DNA of 64,000 bases from Rhynchopus sp. YZ270_cl-10 (lineage: Eukaryota), in the NCBI GenBank assembly GCA_964035575.1, contig OZ037837.1:1860001-1924000 (forward strand), written 5' to 3'. Numbering within the stretch: position 1 is the stretch's first letter; each line of letters opens with the position of its first letter. The notes under the pieces were generated by a model. The model made no database searches. It saw only the letters and a list, made by a program, of their open reading frames with translations, and was not told where the DNA came from. Below are positions 11,160 to 22,194 of this stretch, in pieces. Position numbers and translations under genes: made by a program.

Positions 11160-14038
11160 GGGGTGATCAGAGGTACTTTTTTGCAGCTCGAGTCAAGAAA
11201 AATCACAAAAAATCACAACGGTTACAAACGGTTACAAATGCTTACAAAAACGAAATTGTGATTTTGTTTGGGTTTTTTGTGAGCGTAAGTGATTTTTTGT
11301 GATTTTCTGTGATTTTTTGTGATTCGCATTCCGGATTTTGTGATTTTTTGTGATTTTCTGTGATTTTTTGTGATTCGCATTCTGCAGCGTTTCCTGGGCT
11401 GCGGGGTAGGGGGCGATAACACGTGATTGTGCACGATGACGCACGATGACGCACGATGACAACACGATTTCACTTTTTTTGTTTTTTTAGTGGTGGTTTC
11501 ACTGGTTTTCACTGGTACTATGGTACTATGGTACTATGGTACTATGGTACTATGGTACTATGGTACTATGGTACTATGGTACTATGGTACTATGGTACTA
11601 TGGTACTATGGTACTATGGTACTATGGTACTATGGTACTATGGTACTATGGTACTATGGTACTATGGTACTATGGTACTATGGTACTATGGTACTATGGT
11701 ACTATGGTACTATGGTACTATGGTACTATGGTACTATGGTACTATGGTACTATGGTACTATGGTACTATGGTACTATGGTACTATGGTACTATGGTACTA
11801 TGGTACTATGGTACTATGGTACTATGGTACTATGGTACTATGGTACTATGGTACTATGGTACTATGGTACTATGGTACTATGGTACTATGGTACTATGGT
11901 ACTATGGTACTATGGTACTATGGTACTATGGTACTATGGTACTATGGTACTATGGTACTATGGTACTATGGTACTATGGTACTATGGTACTATGGTACTA
12001 TGGTACTATGGTACTATGGTACTATGGTACTATGGTACTATGGTACTATGGTACTATGGTACTATGGTACTATGGTACTATGGTACTATGGTACTATGGT
12101 GCTATGGTACTATGGTGCTATGGTGCTATGGTGCTATGGTGCTATGGTGCTATGGTGCTATGGTACTATGGTGCTATGGTGCTATGGTGCTATGGTACTA
12201 TGGTGCTATGGTGCTATGGTACTATGGTGCTATGGTGCTATGGTGCTATGGTGCTATGGTGCTATGGTGCTATGGTGCTATGGTGCTATGGTGCTATGGT
12301 GCTATGGTGCTATGGTGCTATGGTGCTATGGTGCTATGGTGCTATGGTGCTATGGTGCTATGGTGCTATGGTGCTATGGTGCTATGGTGCTATGGTGCTA
12401 TGGTGCTATGGTGCTATGGTGCTATGGTGCTATGGTGCTATGGTGCTATGGTGCTATGGTGCTATGGTGCTATGGTGCTATGGTGCTATGGTGCTATGGT
12501 GCTATGGTGCTATGGTGCTATGGTGCTATGGTGCTATGGTGCTATGGTGCTATGGTGCTATGGTGCTATGGTGCTATGGTGCTATAGTGCTATGGTGCTA
12601 TGGTGCTATGGTGCTATGGTGCTATGGTGCTATGGTGCTATGGTGCTATGGTGCTATGGTGCTATGGTGCTATGGTGCTATGGTGCTATGGTGCTATGGT
12701 GCTATGGTGCTATGGTGCTATGGTGCTATGGTGCTATGGTGCTATGGTGCTATGGTGCTATGGTGCTATGGTGCTATGGTGCTATGGTGCTATGGTGCTA
12801 TGGTGCTATGGTGCTATGGTGCTATGGTGCTATGGTGCTATGGTGCTATGGTGCTATGGTGCTATGGTGCTATGGTGCTATGGTGCTATGGTGCTATGGT
12901 GCTATGGTGCTATGGTGCTATGGTGCTATGGTGCTATGGTGCTATGGTGCTATGGTGCTATGGTGCTATGGTGCTATGGTGCTATGGTGCTATGGTGCTA
13001 TGGTGCTATGGTGCTATGGTGCTATGGTGCTATGGTGCTATGGTGTGGATGCTTCAATGCAACACTAAACTTTGATACAAAGAGACACAAGTAACTTTTC
13101 CTCCCAACATGTGCGCACAGATTCCACCCTCCCCCTCCCAGCCCTAGTGGTGCAATCCCGTGAAACCACCACTTATTAAAATAAAGTGAAATCGCGTTCA
13201 CATGCCTTTCTCTAAATGTCGTCCCCGTCCCCAGATTCGGGCGAACTCGATTTTTTTCCCGCATTTTTTTCCCGCCTTCTCCACTGCATTTTTGGTGTCC
13301 ACAGCGGCTCAGAGGAGCCCGAAAAAAAAATACTTTGTGTGGATGAGACCGTGACGCCCCGACGTATGGCGACATCGACCTCGCTCTCGTCTCCGTGAGA
13401 GGGTTACGGAGGTCAAGTCGCACCCTTTATGATTAGTTGATCGGGGGTGTCGATATGGTCTAAAATCCCTCCACCCATCATCCAGACATGACCCAGATTG
13501 TGTTCAATTGGTCGAATTTTCACAGTGCTTCCCAAATTTGTCAGGGAGGCCGCGCAAAGCGCAAAAACCTGGGAAAAGGGCACAAAAATCACACAAAAAA
13601 GACGCGAGAAGCGCGGGAAAAAAACCGGTCCCCAGCCGAAAAAACCCGGAAAATAGGATCGTCACGGTTGAAGCCTGTCGTGTTGTTATCGTGCGTCACC
13701 GACGAGACAAGCTGAGGAAGGTGCAGGGTGATTGGCTGCGAAACCCCCCAATTGCCCCCTAAAAAAGTGCACCAGAGCGATGACGCACGATAACGCACGA
13801 TGACGCACGATGACACGCGATTATGCACGATAACTGAGCCTGAAAACGCTGCACATTCCGGATTTTGTGATTTTCTGTGATTTTTTGTGATTTTTTGTGA
13901 TTCGCATTCCGGATTTTGTGATTTTTTGTGATTTTCTGTGATTTTCTGTGATTTTCTGTGATTTTTTGTGATTCGCATTCCAGATGTTTGTGATTTTTTG
14001 TGATTGAATGGTACTATACGGGGGGGTACCTGATCACA
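11160..14038. mobile_element. Probable non-autonomous TIR element with subterminal repeat arrays, hosting the 8-bp satellite
   Basis: GTGATCAGAGGTAC at 11162 versus GTACCTGATCAC at ~14026-14037. (GATTTTYTGT)n and (GATGACGCAC)n arrays lie near both ends in mirrored order. AATGTT occurs next to both ends, but the exact TSD is unclear. Confidence 0.5.
11513..13045. repeat. 8-bp satellite (TGGTACTA)n changing to (TGGTGCTA)n, ~190 copies
   Basis: Directly visible, with a mixed zone at ~12097-12224. Confidence 0.98.
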
Positions 14039-14145
14039 AATGTTCACAACCATGGTAATGTTATGGTAACATCACGGTTAACATAGTGGCGTCGTGAACT
14101 GGTGTGAAGTTGTGAATCAAATTGATTTTGATTTTTTTCGCAGTG

Positions 14146-14745
14146 CACAGTATACACAGTATACACAGTATACACAGTATACACAGTATACACAGTATAC
14201 ACAGTATACACAGTATACACAGTATACACAGTATACACAGTATACACAGTATACACAGTATACACAGTATACACAGTATACACAGTATACACAGTATACA
14301 CAGTATACACAGTATACACAGTATACACAGTATACACAGTATACACAGTATACACAGTATACACAGTATACACAGTATACACAGTATACACAGTATACAC
14401 AGTATACACAGTATACACAGTATACACAGTATACACAGTATACACAGTATACACAGTATACACAGTATACACAGTATACACAGTATACACAGTATACACA
14501 GTATACACAGTATACACAGTATACACAGTATACACAGTATACACAGTATACACAGTATACACAGTATACACAGTATACACAGTATACACAGTATACACAG
14601 TATACACAGTATACACAGTATACACAGTATACACAGTATACACAGTATACACAGTATACACAGTATACACAGTATACACAGTATACACAGTATACACAGT
14701 ATACACAGTATACACAGTATACACAGTATACACAGTATACACAGT
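14146..14745. repeat. (CACAGTATA)n satellite, ~66 copies; reverse complement of the 1455-1872 array
   Basis: Directly visible. Decays into (CAGTACACC)x3 at ~14751-14783. Confidence 0.98.
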
Positions 14746-15061
14746 TTTCACAGTACACCCAGTACACCCAGTACACCCAGTACTTATTAAATGTCAACAA
14801 AAATATTATTTTTCACGATGCAGGTGTGTATTATTCCACCACCTTCTTCATCCATACTGCCCACATTACCTAATCCACACACCTGCATTCTTTTCCAAGA
14901 AGTGCATATTTTTGTCCCTTCAACACACACGTTCTGTCTTTGAACACTATGTGTCACTTTCCCCACTCTCCCGCATCCTCTTGCCCACAGTACCCAGTCC
15001 CCACAAGAACACCACACCACAACAGGAACCCTACACGTGACGGGAGCGGCTGTGTGGTGGG

Positions 15062-16828
15062 ATGCAATGTCTCAATGCAGTGCTGTCGATGGACGGGACA
15101 CTCAGCAGCAAGGCCAGAGAGAGGCGCACCAGGTTTTTTATCTTTGCCAGTGTCTGTCTCTTTGTACTTTTGCTGAACTTTGCAAGTTCATTTTCGATGC
15201 AGGTGAAGACACCTATCTATCTGGCAGGGACTGTGTTCTCCCTTATTGGGTTTAGCATTGCTGTTTGTGCAGTGCTGTGCAGGTTTCGGCTGAACACACA
15301 TCTGGTGGTACGTTCGTTGTACTTAGTCACATGTGGTGTGTTGCTGTGGGATATAAGTGCACGTACAGTCTTATCAGTACAATGGCCGTTGCTTGTGCTC
15401 ATAATCGACATGTTGCTTGTGATGCAGGTGCCTGCACGGTACAGCTTGGGACTCGTCTGTTTCATAGTTCTGTGGCTTCTCCTGCTTGGTGTTGAGGAGA
15501 GCTTCAGGTTTGGTCTGTTTGAGCTGCCAGGAATGCCAGGACAGGAGGGTGAGTATGGTCGACGGTACTTTTCTCGACTGGAGACTGACTGCAGCACTCT
15601 GCCGTGCCCAGTGCCCTTTCCTTCGACTCCCCTAATCTCATCCGTTGCTGTATTTGTCATTGACTTCATCGTGACCCGAGGCTTCGCACACGAAGTGCTG
15701 AAGGAGCAAGCATCAATGGAGCGGACGATCAACACTGTGCAGGAGATTGCCTCACTCCTGGCTTCCTACGACGTGGAGAAGGTGGCAGAGCTGCTGGAGG
15801 CACACAGAGACGAGCTGCCTGAGGGGATGAGTGCGGCACTGCGGAACTTGGAGGAGAACTTGCGGTCGTACAAAGCGTACCTGCCTCAGACGTGTCTGCT
15901 TGTGGATGAAGAAGTGGTTGATGAAGGTATTGACGTTGCTTGCACTGAACCGTCCGTTTCCTCTCAGTATTCTTCTGGAAGTATACGCTCCACAAGTATG
16001 CGTTACGTTCCTCTTGGGCTGTCGTCTGTGAAGGCCACGCTGCTGACGGTGAACATGAAAGACACGTTGCGTTTCTTGGATGAGGACTGTGCACTCTTCT
16101 CCTCCTTCTTCACAACTCTTCTTCTGAAGACGTTGCAAGCAACAGAGTCATACCGTGGGATGGTGGACGTGTTCGTTGGTGACAAGGTGCACTGCTCCTT
16201 CAACGCGTCAAGGCAGTGTGCGAACAACTCTATCTCAGCACTGCGCACTGCTTCGATGCTGCTGCGGGGTTCCACGTCGCAGGTTAACATCGGTGTTGCA
16301 TCTGGGAAGGTGCTGCGTGGTGAGATGGGATGTGACGTGATGCGCCGCTTCAGCATGGTGGGCACACTTGTGCGTGACGTGCATGGGATGGAACGTGCAG
16401 GACGTATCCTTGGCTGCGACGTGCTCTGCAACCGTATGTGCTTCAGCGATGCTGAGTGTGAACACGTGCTGCGCTTGCTTCCGTGCAAGGTGGACGTGTC
16501 TGCAACCTGTGCGGAACATGAAGTGGTGGCTGAGCTTCTTCTGCACGACACACCTTCGGACAGTCCTGCAGAGGAATGGATGTACACCATCGGGAGGAAC
16601 AGTGAGTGGGAGCACTACAACACAGCAGTGCGGAAGTACCTGAGAGGCGACGTGTCTGCTGCAGCAGTTGAAGAGGCTGCACAGGGTTGTCCTTGTTCAC
16701 GGAGCCCGTTGAGCGTGCATCCCTCGACAGTGAAGGGCGGGCTTCTGAGCGTGGCCTTGGCACGACCGCTGCAGGACAATGAACGGGCTGATGGAGTTGA
16801 TGATGTTTGCTATCTAAATGATTCGTGA
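15062..16828 (+). CDS. Multi-pass membrane protein with degenerate (pseudo) class III cyclase domain, 588 aa
   Basis: N-terminal ~275 aa paralogous to 2817-5027. C-terminal GMVDVFVGDKVHCSFN...VNIGVASG..RGEMG...RFSMVGTLV is cyclase-like but lacks the first metal Asp, the Lys and the NxxxR motif. Confidence 0.85.
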   Translation: MQCLNAVLSMDGTLSSKARERRTRFFIFASVCLFVLLLNFASSFSMQVKTPIYLAGTVFSLIGFSIAVCAVLCRFRLNTHLVVRSLYLVTCGVLLWDISARTVLSVQWPLLVLIIDMLLVMQVPARYSLGLVCFIVLWLLLLGVEESFRFGLFELPGMPGQEGEYGRRYFSRLETDCSTLPCPVPFPSTPLISSVAVFVIDFIVTRGFAHEVLKEQASMERTINTVQEIASLLASYDVEKVAELLEAHRDELPEGMSAALRNLEENLRSYKAYLPQTCLLVDEEVVDEGIDVACTEPSVSSQYSSGSIRSTSMRYVPLGLSSVKATLLTVNMKDTLRFLDEDCALFSSFFTTLLLKTLQATESYRGMVDVFVGDKVHCSFNASRQCANNSISALRTASMLLRGSTSQVNIGVASGKVLRGEMGCDVMRRFSMVGTLVRDVHGMERAGRILGCDVLCNRMCFSDAECEHVLRLLPCKVDVSATCAEHEVVAELLLHDTPSDSPAEEWMYTIGRNSEWEHYNTAVRKYLRGDVSAAAVEEAAQGCPCSRSPLSVHPSTVKGGLLSVALARPLQDNERADGVDDVCYLNDS

Positions 16829-16949
16829 CTATCAGGAGATGCTGAAGATCATCTTATGAACTTTTCTCTTTTTTGAACTCAACATTTGTGAGGACAAGGG
16901 GGTGGATACGAGTCTTAATAACCAATCATACAATGAGATTTTCCACAAT

Positions 16950-17590
16950 TGTGTCGTCTGTTTGACATACAACATTGAAGTCTACACACGTCAGCCTCCG
17001 GCACACTGGGAGTTGCACAGCTTGCAGTTGGTGACATGGGAAAAAACATAGCCTTTCACCAGATGAGCTCACGACTCACGACACTGACGACGGCACTGGA
17101 GCAGAGTGGAGGGAGTCTGGTGACGCTGCTTGGGAACTGTGTGTGTGTTGGGTGGAACGTGTCGCGTTCTGCACCTCACACATGGAGAATGCGATACGGT
17201 TTGTGCAGCGCATGTCTGTGAAGTCTGCACTGAACGGGGCTGGTCTTGCAAGCGGTCCTGTGCAGCACGGGGATGTTGGTGCACGGAGCCAGCGCTTTGT
17301 GACTGTGATGGGGGATGTTGTGCGTCGGAGTTGGGCGCTGTGCGAGGAAGCTGTGCGTGACGGGGTTGTGTGTCTGTACGAGCCTCCTGAAGGGACAACA
17401 CTGCCGTCTGCACTTGAAGTCAACCTTCTGCAAGGAAATGATGACATCTCAGCATTGTGCACTGCTTCGATGCTGCTGCGGGGTTCCACGTAGCAGGTGA
17501 ACATCGGTGTTGCATCTGGGAAGGTCCTGCGTGGCGAGATTGGATGTGACGTGATGCACCGCTTCAGCATGGTGGGCACACTTGTGTGTT
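16950..17590 (+). pseudogene. Chimeric cyclase relic: 3' part of the gene-1 type fused to a piece of the pseudo-cyclase type
   Basis: ~16985-17418 matches ~4515-4950 with a frameshift near 17173. ~17445-17587 matches ~16232-16372 with an in-frame TAG at 17491. Confidence 0.85.
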
Positions 17591-18080
17591 ACGGACACGC
17601 CAGGAACCCGACCGCCATACTGGTGTTGTGCATGTCAGTGCTGCACCAGCAGACGCACACCTCTGCTGTGCTCGGTGTCACGGCGACACCGAACGGCCTG
17701 CATACTATTACTACGCAGAGCTGAATGTCTGGAATATCCTCTTCGGCACGTCCTTGAGGGACACCACAAAGCTGTGCAAGCCACCAGCAGGCAACACCGC
17801 CATGCCCTGCACAGCTTATACACCCAGCAGGTATTAAGTTATTACGGGTTTGAGGGGTGTCGCATGCTCGAAGGATGCGACACTGCGTGTGGTACCCGTA
17901 GTCAGGCACACAAGCACATCATTGAAGGGTATGTCCCAGACACATGTGGTCACGTCACGATCATCCATGTGTGGTCATCACCAGCGGTAGACGGCCACCA
18001 CACAAAAGTGCATGGCCTTGTAGTGTCTCCCGATGGCACAGATCTCGGGAGACACTGTGCGTATGTGGGACATCTGTAAT
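17590..18080 (+). pseudogene. Possible WD40-repeat gene remnant
   Basis: Fragments HTSAVLGVTATPNG, NVWNI, LEGHHKAV, IHVWSS and DGHHTKVHGLVVSPDG are split across frames with stops. Motif recognition only. Confidence 0.4.
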
Positions 18081-18379
18081 GGGGGTGTGTCGAGGCGTGC
18101 GCGTGCTGGGAGTGTAAGCTACAATTCACTTTGCGCTATTGTGCTTGAGTGAAACAGTGTCGGCTGGCTGGCAGATCCTCGCCGTGGCTCATCCACACAC
18201 CTGCATTCTTTTCCAAGAAGTGCATATTTTTGTCCCTTCAACACACACGTTCTGTCTTTGAACACTATGTGTCACTTTCCCCACTCTCCCGCATCCTCTT
18301 GCCCACAGCACCCAGTCCCCACAAGAACACCACACCACAACAGGAACCCTACACGTGACGGGAGCGGCTGTGTGGTGGG

Positions 18380-20161
18380 ATGCAATGTCTCAATGCAGTG
18401 CTGTCGATGGACGGGACACTCAGCAGCAAGGCCAGAGAGAGGCGCACCAGGTTTTTTATCTTTGGGAGTGTCTGTTTTTTGGCACTTTTGCTGAACTTTG
18501 CAGGCTCGTTTTCGATTCAGGTGAAGACCCCTATCTATCTGGCCGGGACTGTGTTCTCCCTTATTGGAGTTAGCATTGCTGTTTGTGCAGTGCTGTGCAG
18601 GTTTCGGCTGAACACACATCTGGTGGTAGGTGCACTGTACTTGGTATCGGCTGGCTTTCTGCTCTTTGACTTCGGAGCTCGTGCACTATCAACATCACAA
18701 TGGCCGTTGCTTGTGCTCGTAATCGACATGTTGCTTGTGATGCAGGTGCCTGCACGGTACAGCTTGGGACTCGTCTGTTTCATAGTTCTGTGGCTTCTCC
18801 TGCTTGGTGTTGAGGAGAGCTTCAGGTTTGGTCTGTTTGATATACCAGGAATGCCAGCACAGGAGGGTGAGTACGGGCGACAGGATTATCACACGATGCG
18901 TTACGACTGTGCCACTCTGCCGTGTCCAGTGAAATTTCCTTCTGCTGTCCTGATGGGATCGCTGACGGTCTTTGTCATTGACTTCATCGTGACTCGAGGC
19001 TTCGCACACGAAGTGCTGAAGGAGCAGGCATCAATGGAGCGGACGATCAACACTGTGCAGGAGATTGCCTCACTCCTGGCTTCCTACGACGTGGAGAAGG
19101 TGGCAGAGCTGCTGGAGGCACACAGAGACGAGCTGCCTGAGGGGATGAGTGCGGCACTGCGTGCGTTGGAGAAGAACCTGCGGTCATACAAAGCGTACCT
19201 GCCTCAGACGTGTCTGCTTGTGGGTGAAGAAGTGGCTGATGAAGGCAGCGAAGTACAGTCTGAGAGTGGACATTATACAGATGCGACTGATTCACATTGC
19301 ACTTCTGAAAGTGAACATTCTGCAAAAATACGTTACGTTCCTCTTGGGCTGTCGTCTGTGAAGGCCACGCTACTGACGGTGCACATCAAAGACACGTTGC
19401 GTTTCTTGGATGAGGACTGTGCACTCTTCTCCTCCTTCTTCACAACCCTTCTTCTGAAGACGTTGCAAGCAACAGAGTCATACCGTGGGATGGTGGACGT
19501 GTTCGTCGGTGACAAGGTGCACTGCTCCTTCAACACGTCAAAGAGATGTACGAACCACGCCACCTCAGCACTGCACACAGCAGCAGTGTTGATGAAGGGA
19601 TTGATGCCGTCGCAGGTGAACATCGGTGTTGCATCTGGGAAGGTGCTGCGTGGTGAGATGGGATGTGACGTGATGCGCCGCTTCAGCATAGTGGGCACAC
19701 TTGTGCGTGACGTGCATGGGATGGAAAGTGCAGGACGTATCCTTGGCTGCAACGTGCTCTGCAACCGTATGTGCTTCAGCGATGCTGAGTGTGAACACGT
19801 GCTGCGCTTGCTTCCGTGCAAGGTGGACGTGTCTGCAACCTGTGCGGAACATGAAGTGGTGGCTGAGCTTCTTCTGCACGACACACCTTCGGACAGTCCT
19901 GCAGAGGAATGGATGTACACCATCGGGAGGAACAGTGAGTGGGAGCACTACAACACAGCAGTGCGGAAGTACCTGAGAGGCGACGTGTCTGCTGCAGCAG
20001 TTGAAGAGGCTGCACAGGGTTGTCCTTGTTCACGGAGCCCGTTGAGCGTGCATCCCTCGACAGTGAAGGGCGGGCTTCTGAGCGTGGCCTTGGCACGACC
20101 GCTGCAGGACAATGAACGGGCTGATGGAGTTGATGATGTTTGCTATCTAAATGATTCGTGA
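18380..20161 (+). CDS. Multi-pass membrane protein with pseudo-cyclase domain, 593 aa
   Basis: Close paralog of 15062-16828 with an identical C-terminus (..DGVDDVCYLNDS). Confidence 0.85.
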   Translation: MQCLNAVLSMDGTLSSKARERRTRFFIFGSVCFLALLLNFAGSFSIQVKTPIYLAGTVFSLIGVSIAVCAVLCRFRLNTHLVVGALYLVSAGFLLFDFGARALSTSQWPLLVLVIDMLLVMQVPARYSLGLVCFIVLWLLLLGVEESFRFGLFDIPGMPAQEGEYGRQDYHTMRYDCATLPCPVKFPSAVLMGSLTVFVIDFIVTRGFAHEVLKEQASMERTINTVQEIASLLASYDVEKVAELLEAHRDELPEGMSAALRALEKNLRSYKAYLPQTCLLVGEEVADEGSEVQSESGHYTDATDSHCTSESEHSAKIRYVPLGLSSVKATLLTVHIKDTLRFLDEDCALFSSFFTTLLLKTLQATESYRGMVDVFVGDKVHCSFNTSKRCTNHATSALHTAAVLMKGLMPSQVNIGVASGKVLRGEMGCDVMRRFSIVGTLVRDVHGMESAGRILGCNVLCNRMCFSDAECEHVLRLLPCKVDVSATCAEHEVVAELLLHDTPSDSPAEEWMYTIGRNSEWEHYNTAVRKYLRGDVSAAAVEEAAQGCPCSRSPLSVHPSTVKGGLLSVALARPLQDNERADGVDDVCYLNDS

Positions 20162-20188
20162 CTATCAGGAAATGCTGAAGATCATCTT

Positions 20189-22043
20189 CACCATGGACTT
20201 GTAATGACATTACGTGACGAGGGACGAGGGAAATTACGTGGGAAATTACGCGCGCAATGACGTCGTCACGACGCGGGCACCCCCTCGTAATGACGACGTC
20301 ATGACGTGGGGTTTTCCTCGTCACGACGACGGCATTACGACGTCATGACGAGGGGTGCCCTCGTAATTACGAGGGGACCCCTCGTAATTACGAGGGGTGC
20401 TCCCGTGGTCATTGTCTGGCTATTGCCTCCCAGGGAAAGGGACTCTCGAATTTTTTTTTTTGCCCCTATAAAGGGCTAATTTCGACGATTTGAGGCCATT
20501 AAAAGCAAAATTTGATGCTTTTGAGCATCTGTGGGGGTCTAAAACGCGTTTTTGCGGTTTTTTTTCCTCCTTCCCCCATATTTTTCTTTACCGACTACTT
20601 TGGCTCAGCATAAAAAAATTTTTAAATGATTTAGGTAGTGGCCAAGTAAAAGAACACAATTTTTTAATGGACCATCTGGGGGTACACAAATACGCAGTTC
20701 TCCTCTCAAAAACCACGGATATTTTACGATATCCTGTGTCCATTATAATACCGTAATCGTAAGAATTCTGGGAGGGTAATATTTCTTGTTTTTTTCTGTT
20801 CCTTTTTCCACCACACCTCCAAAAACACCCTCACAGGATGACAGTATACAAAAACATGATAAACGATGAAAACCCGCAACTCTACGCCACAGGTTCTTTC
20901 TTCCTCTGGGAAACTCTTTGTCAGTCACTGCTATAGCCATTTAACCCAGGGAGCATAGCTAGTGCAAGAAATTCGACTTCGGGATCCGGAAAGTCTGTCC
21001 TCTGCTCTTGCGGAGGACTAGGCACAAGAAAATATTGCGTTCCCCCAGGAAACTAATTTTTGTCACAGTAATTTTTGCCCAGGGCATGCTCTTGAAGCAT
21101 GGCGGCTTGGTGTGAGAAGGGGCAGTGTGTTGTTTTGTTCTAGATTTCAACGGTTGTTAGAACGAGTCAAGTGGATGCTTATCTAAACACTGACTTTAGT
21201 ACAGACCCGAGAGATCACACATGACTTTGAGGAAAGAACAAAGCAATGCATCTGTACCCGCACGCCAGGTTGTAGTTACTTCAGGATTTTCTTAAGTTTG
21301 CATGAAAGAGAAGGGGGCGAAACCTTTGTATACGTCTACGACGAAGGTAGTAGCCTAATGACAACCATGTGGTGGCTGTAATTCACATCCCTTAGAATTA
21401 CCAGAATTCAGCCTTTGTTGAAGTAATGTGCATACTTGTATGTGCGTGTCACGCTTCTCCACCCTTAAATGGGTGCACCGCTCGGTGAGCAGTGGTAACC
21501 CTTCTCGACTAGTGCAAACTTAAGAATTTTCTGCTGTAACTTACCAAAATCGATTTTCTCACCCCAAACACCCGCAACACCCCACCTGCTACTTCGGTAG
21601 CCTGTGTTGTTGGGAGTTGGTTCTCATGTTGATCCCCAGTGTCTTGCACTGCTTCTTCTGAGCCCAACGCTGTTTGGCCTGTCGACGTAATAAATACGAA
21701 GACAGGGCGGCGGTGCCAACAATTTTCCGATGATGTAACGTTTTATCTGATTGATTTATCGTTTGATATACCTTGTGTGTGCTACTTCATGCACACCCAA
21801 GCAAGGTATATTGAAAGGTACTTTCAAGCGATACTTCGTTATGTCATTGGGGGTACCTGGGTACCTGGGTACCTGGGTGCCCACGTCATGACGACGTCAT
21901 GACGAGGTAATTACGAGGGGGTGCCCTCGTAATTACCTCGTCATGACGAGGGCACCCCCTCGTAATTACGAGGGGGTGCCCTCGTCAAGGCACTCGTAAT
22001 TACCTCGTCATGACGCGCGTAATGTCATTACGAGTCCATGGTG
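20189..22043. mobile_element. Non-autonomous CAC-ended TIR transposon (CACTA/EnSpm, CMC-like), 1855 bp
   Basis: 26-bp TIR CACCATGGACT(T/C)GTAATGACATTACG. TSD TT at 20187-88 and 22044-45, shown by the empty paralogous site GATCATCTTATGAAC at 16847. Palindromic subterminal repeats CCTCGTAATTACGAGG and GTCATGAC at both ends. Confidence 0.9.
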
Positions 22044-22045
22044 TT

Positions 22046-22194
22046 ATGAACTTTTCTCTTTTTTGAACAACTCTTTGTGGGGACCAGGGAGAATGGTATC
22101 ACCACCTTTGCGAGTCTTCTTCGCAAAGTGCCAAACCGCATACGAGTCTTTCCATATGTGCGTCGTCTGTTTCAACCAGAAGCAACCTTGCAGT
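22046..22194 (+). pseudogene. Relic of gene-1 3' region, left part (continues at 44936)
   Basis: Matches ~4420-4510 up to CTTGCAGT. Confidence 0.85.

Noticed and set aside
11456..13094. 365-539 aa WYYGTMVL/WCYGAMVL ORFs
   Set aside because: Artefacts of the 8-bp satellite, open in all + frames.
11407..13761. Additional nested TAGGGGGC(G/A)AT inverted pair
   Set aside because: 10/11 match but no TSD on the flanks; not supportable.
1455..14745. Satellites as telomeric repeats
   Set aside because: Internal position, embedded in TIR elements, and no G-rich TTAGGG-like strand.
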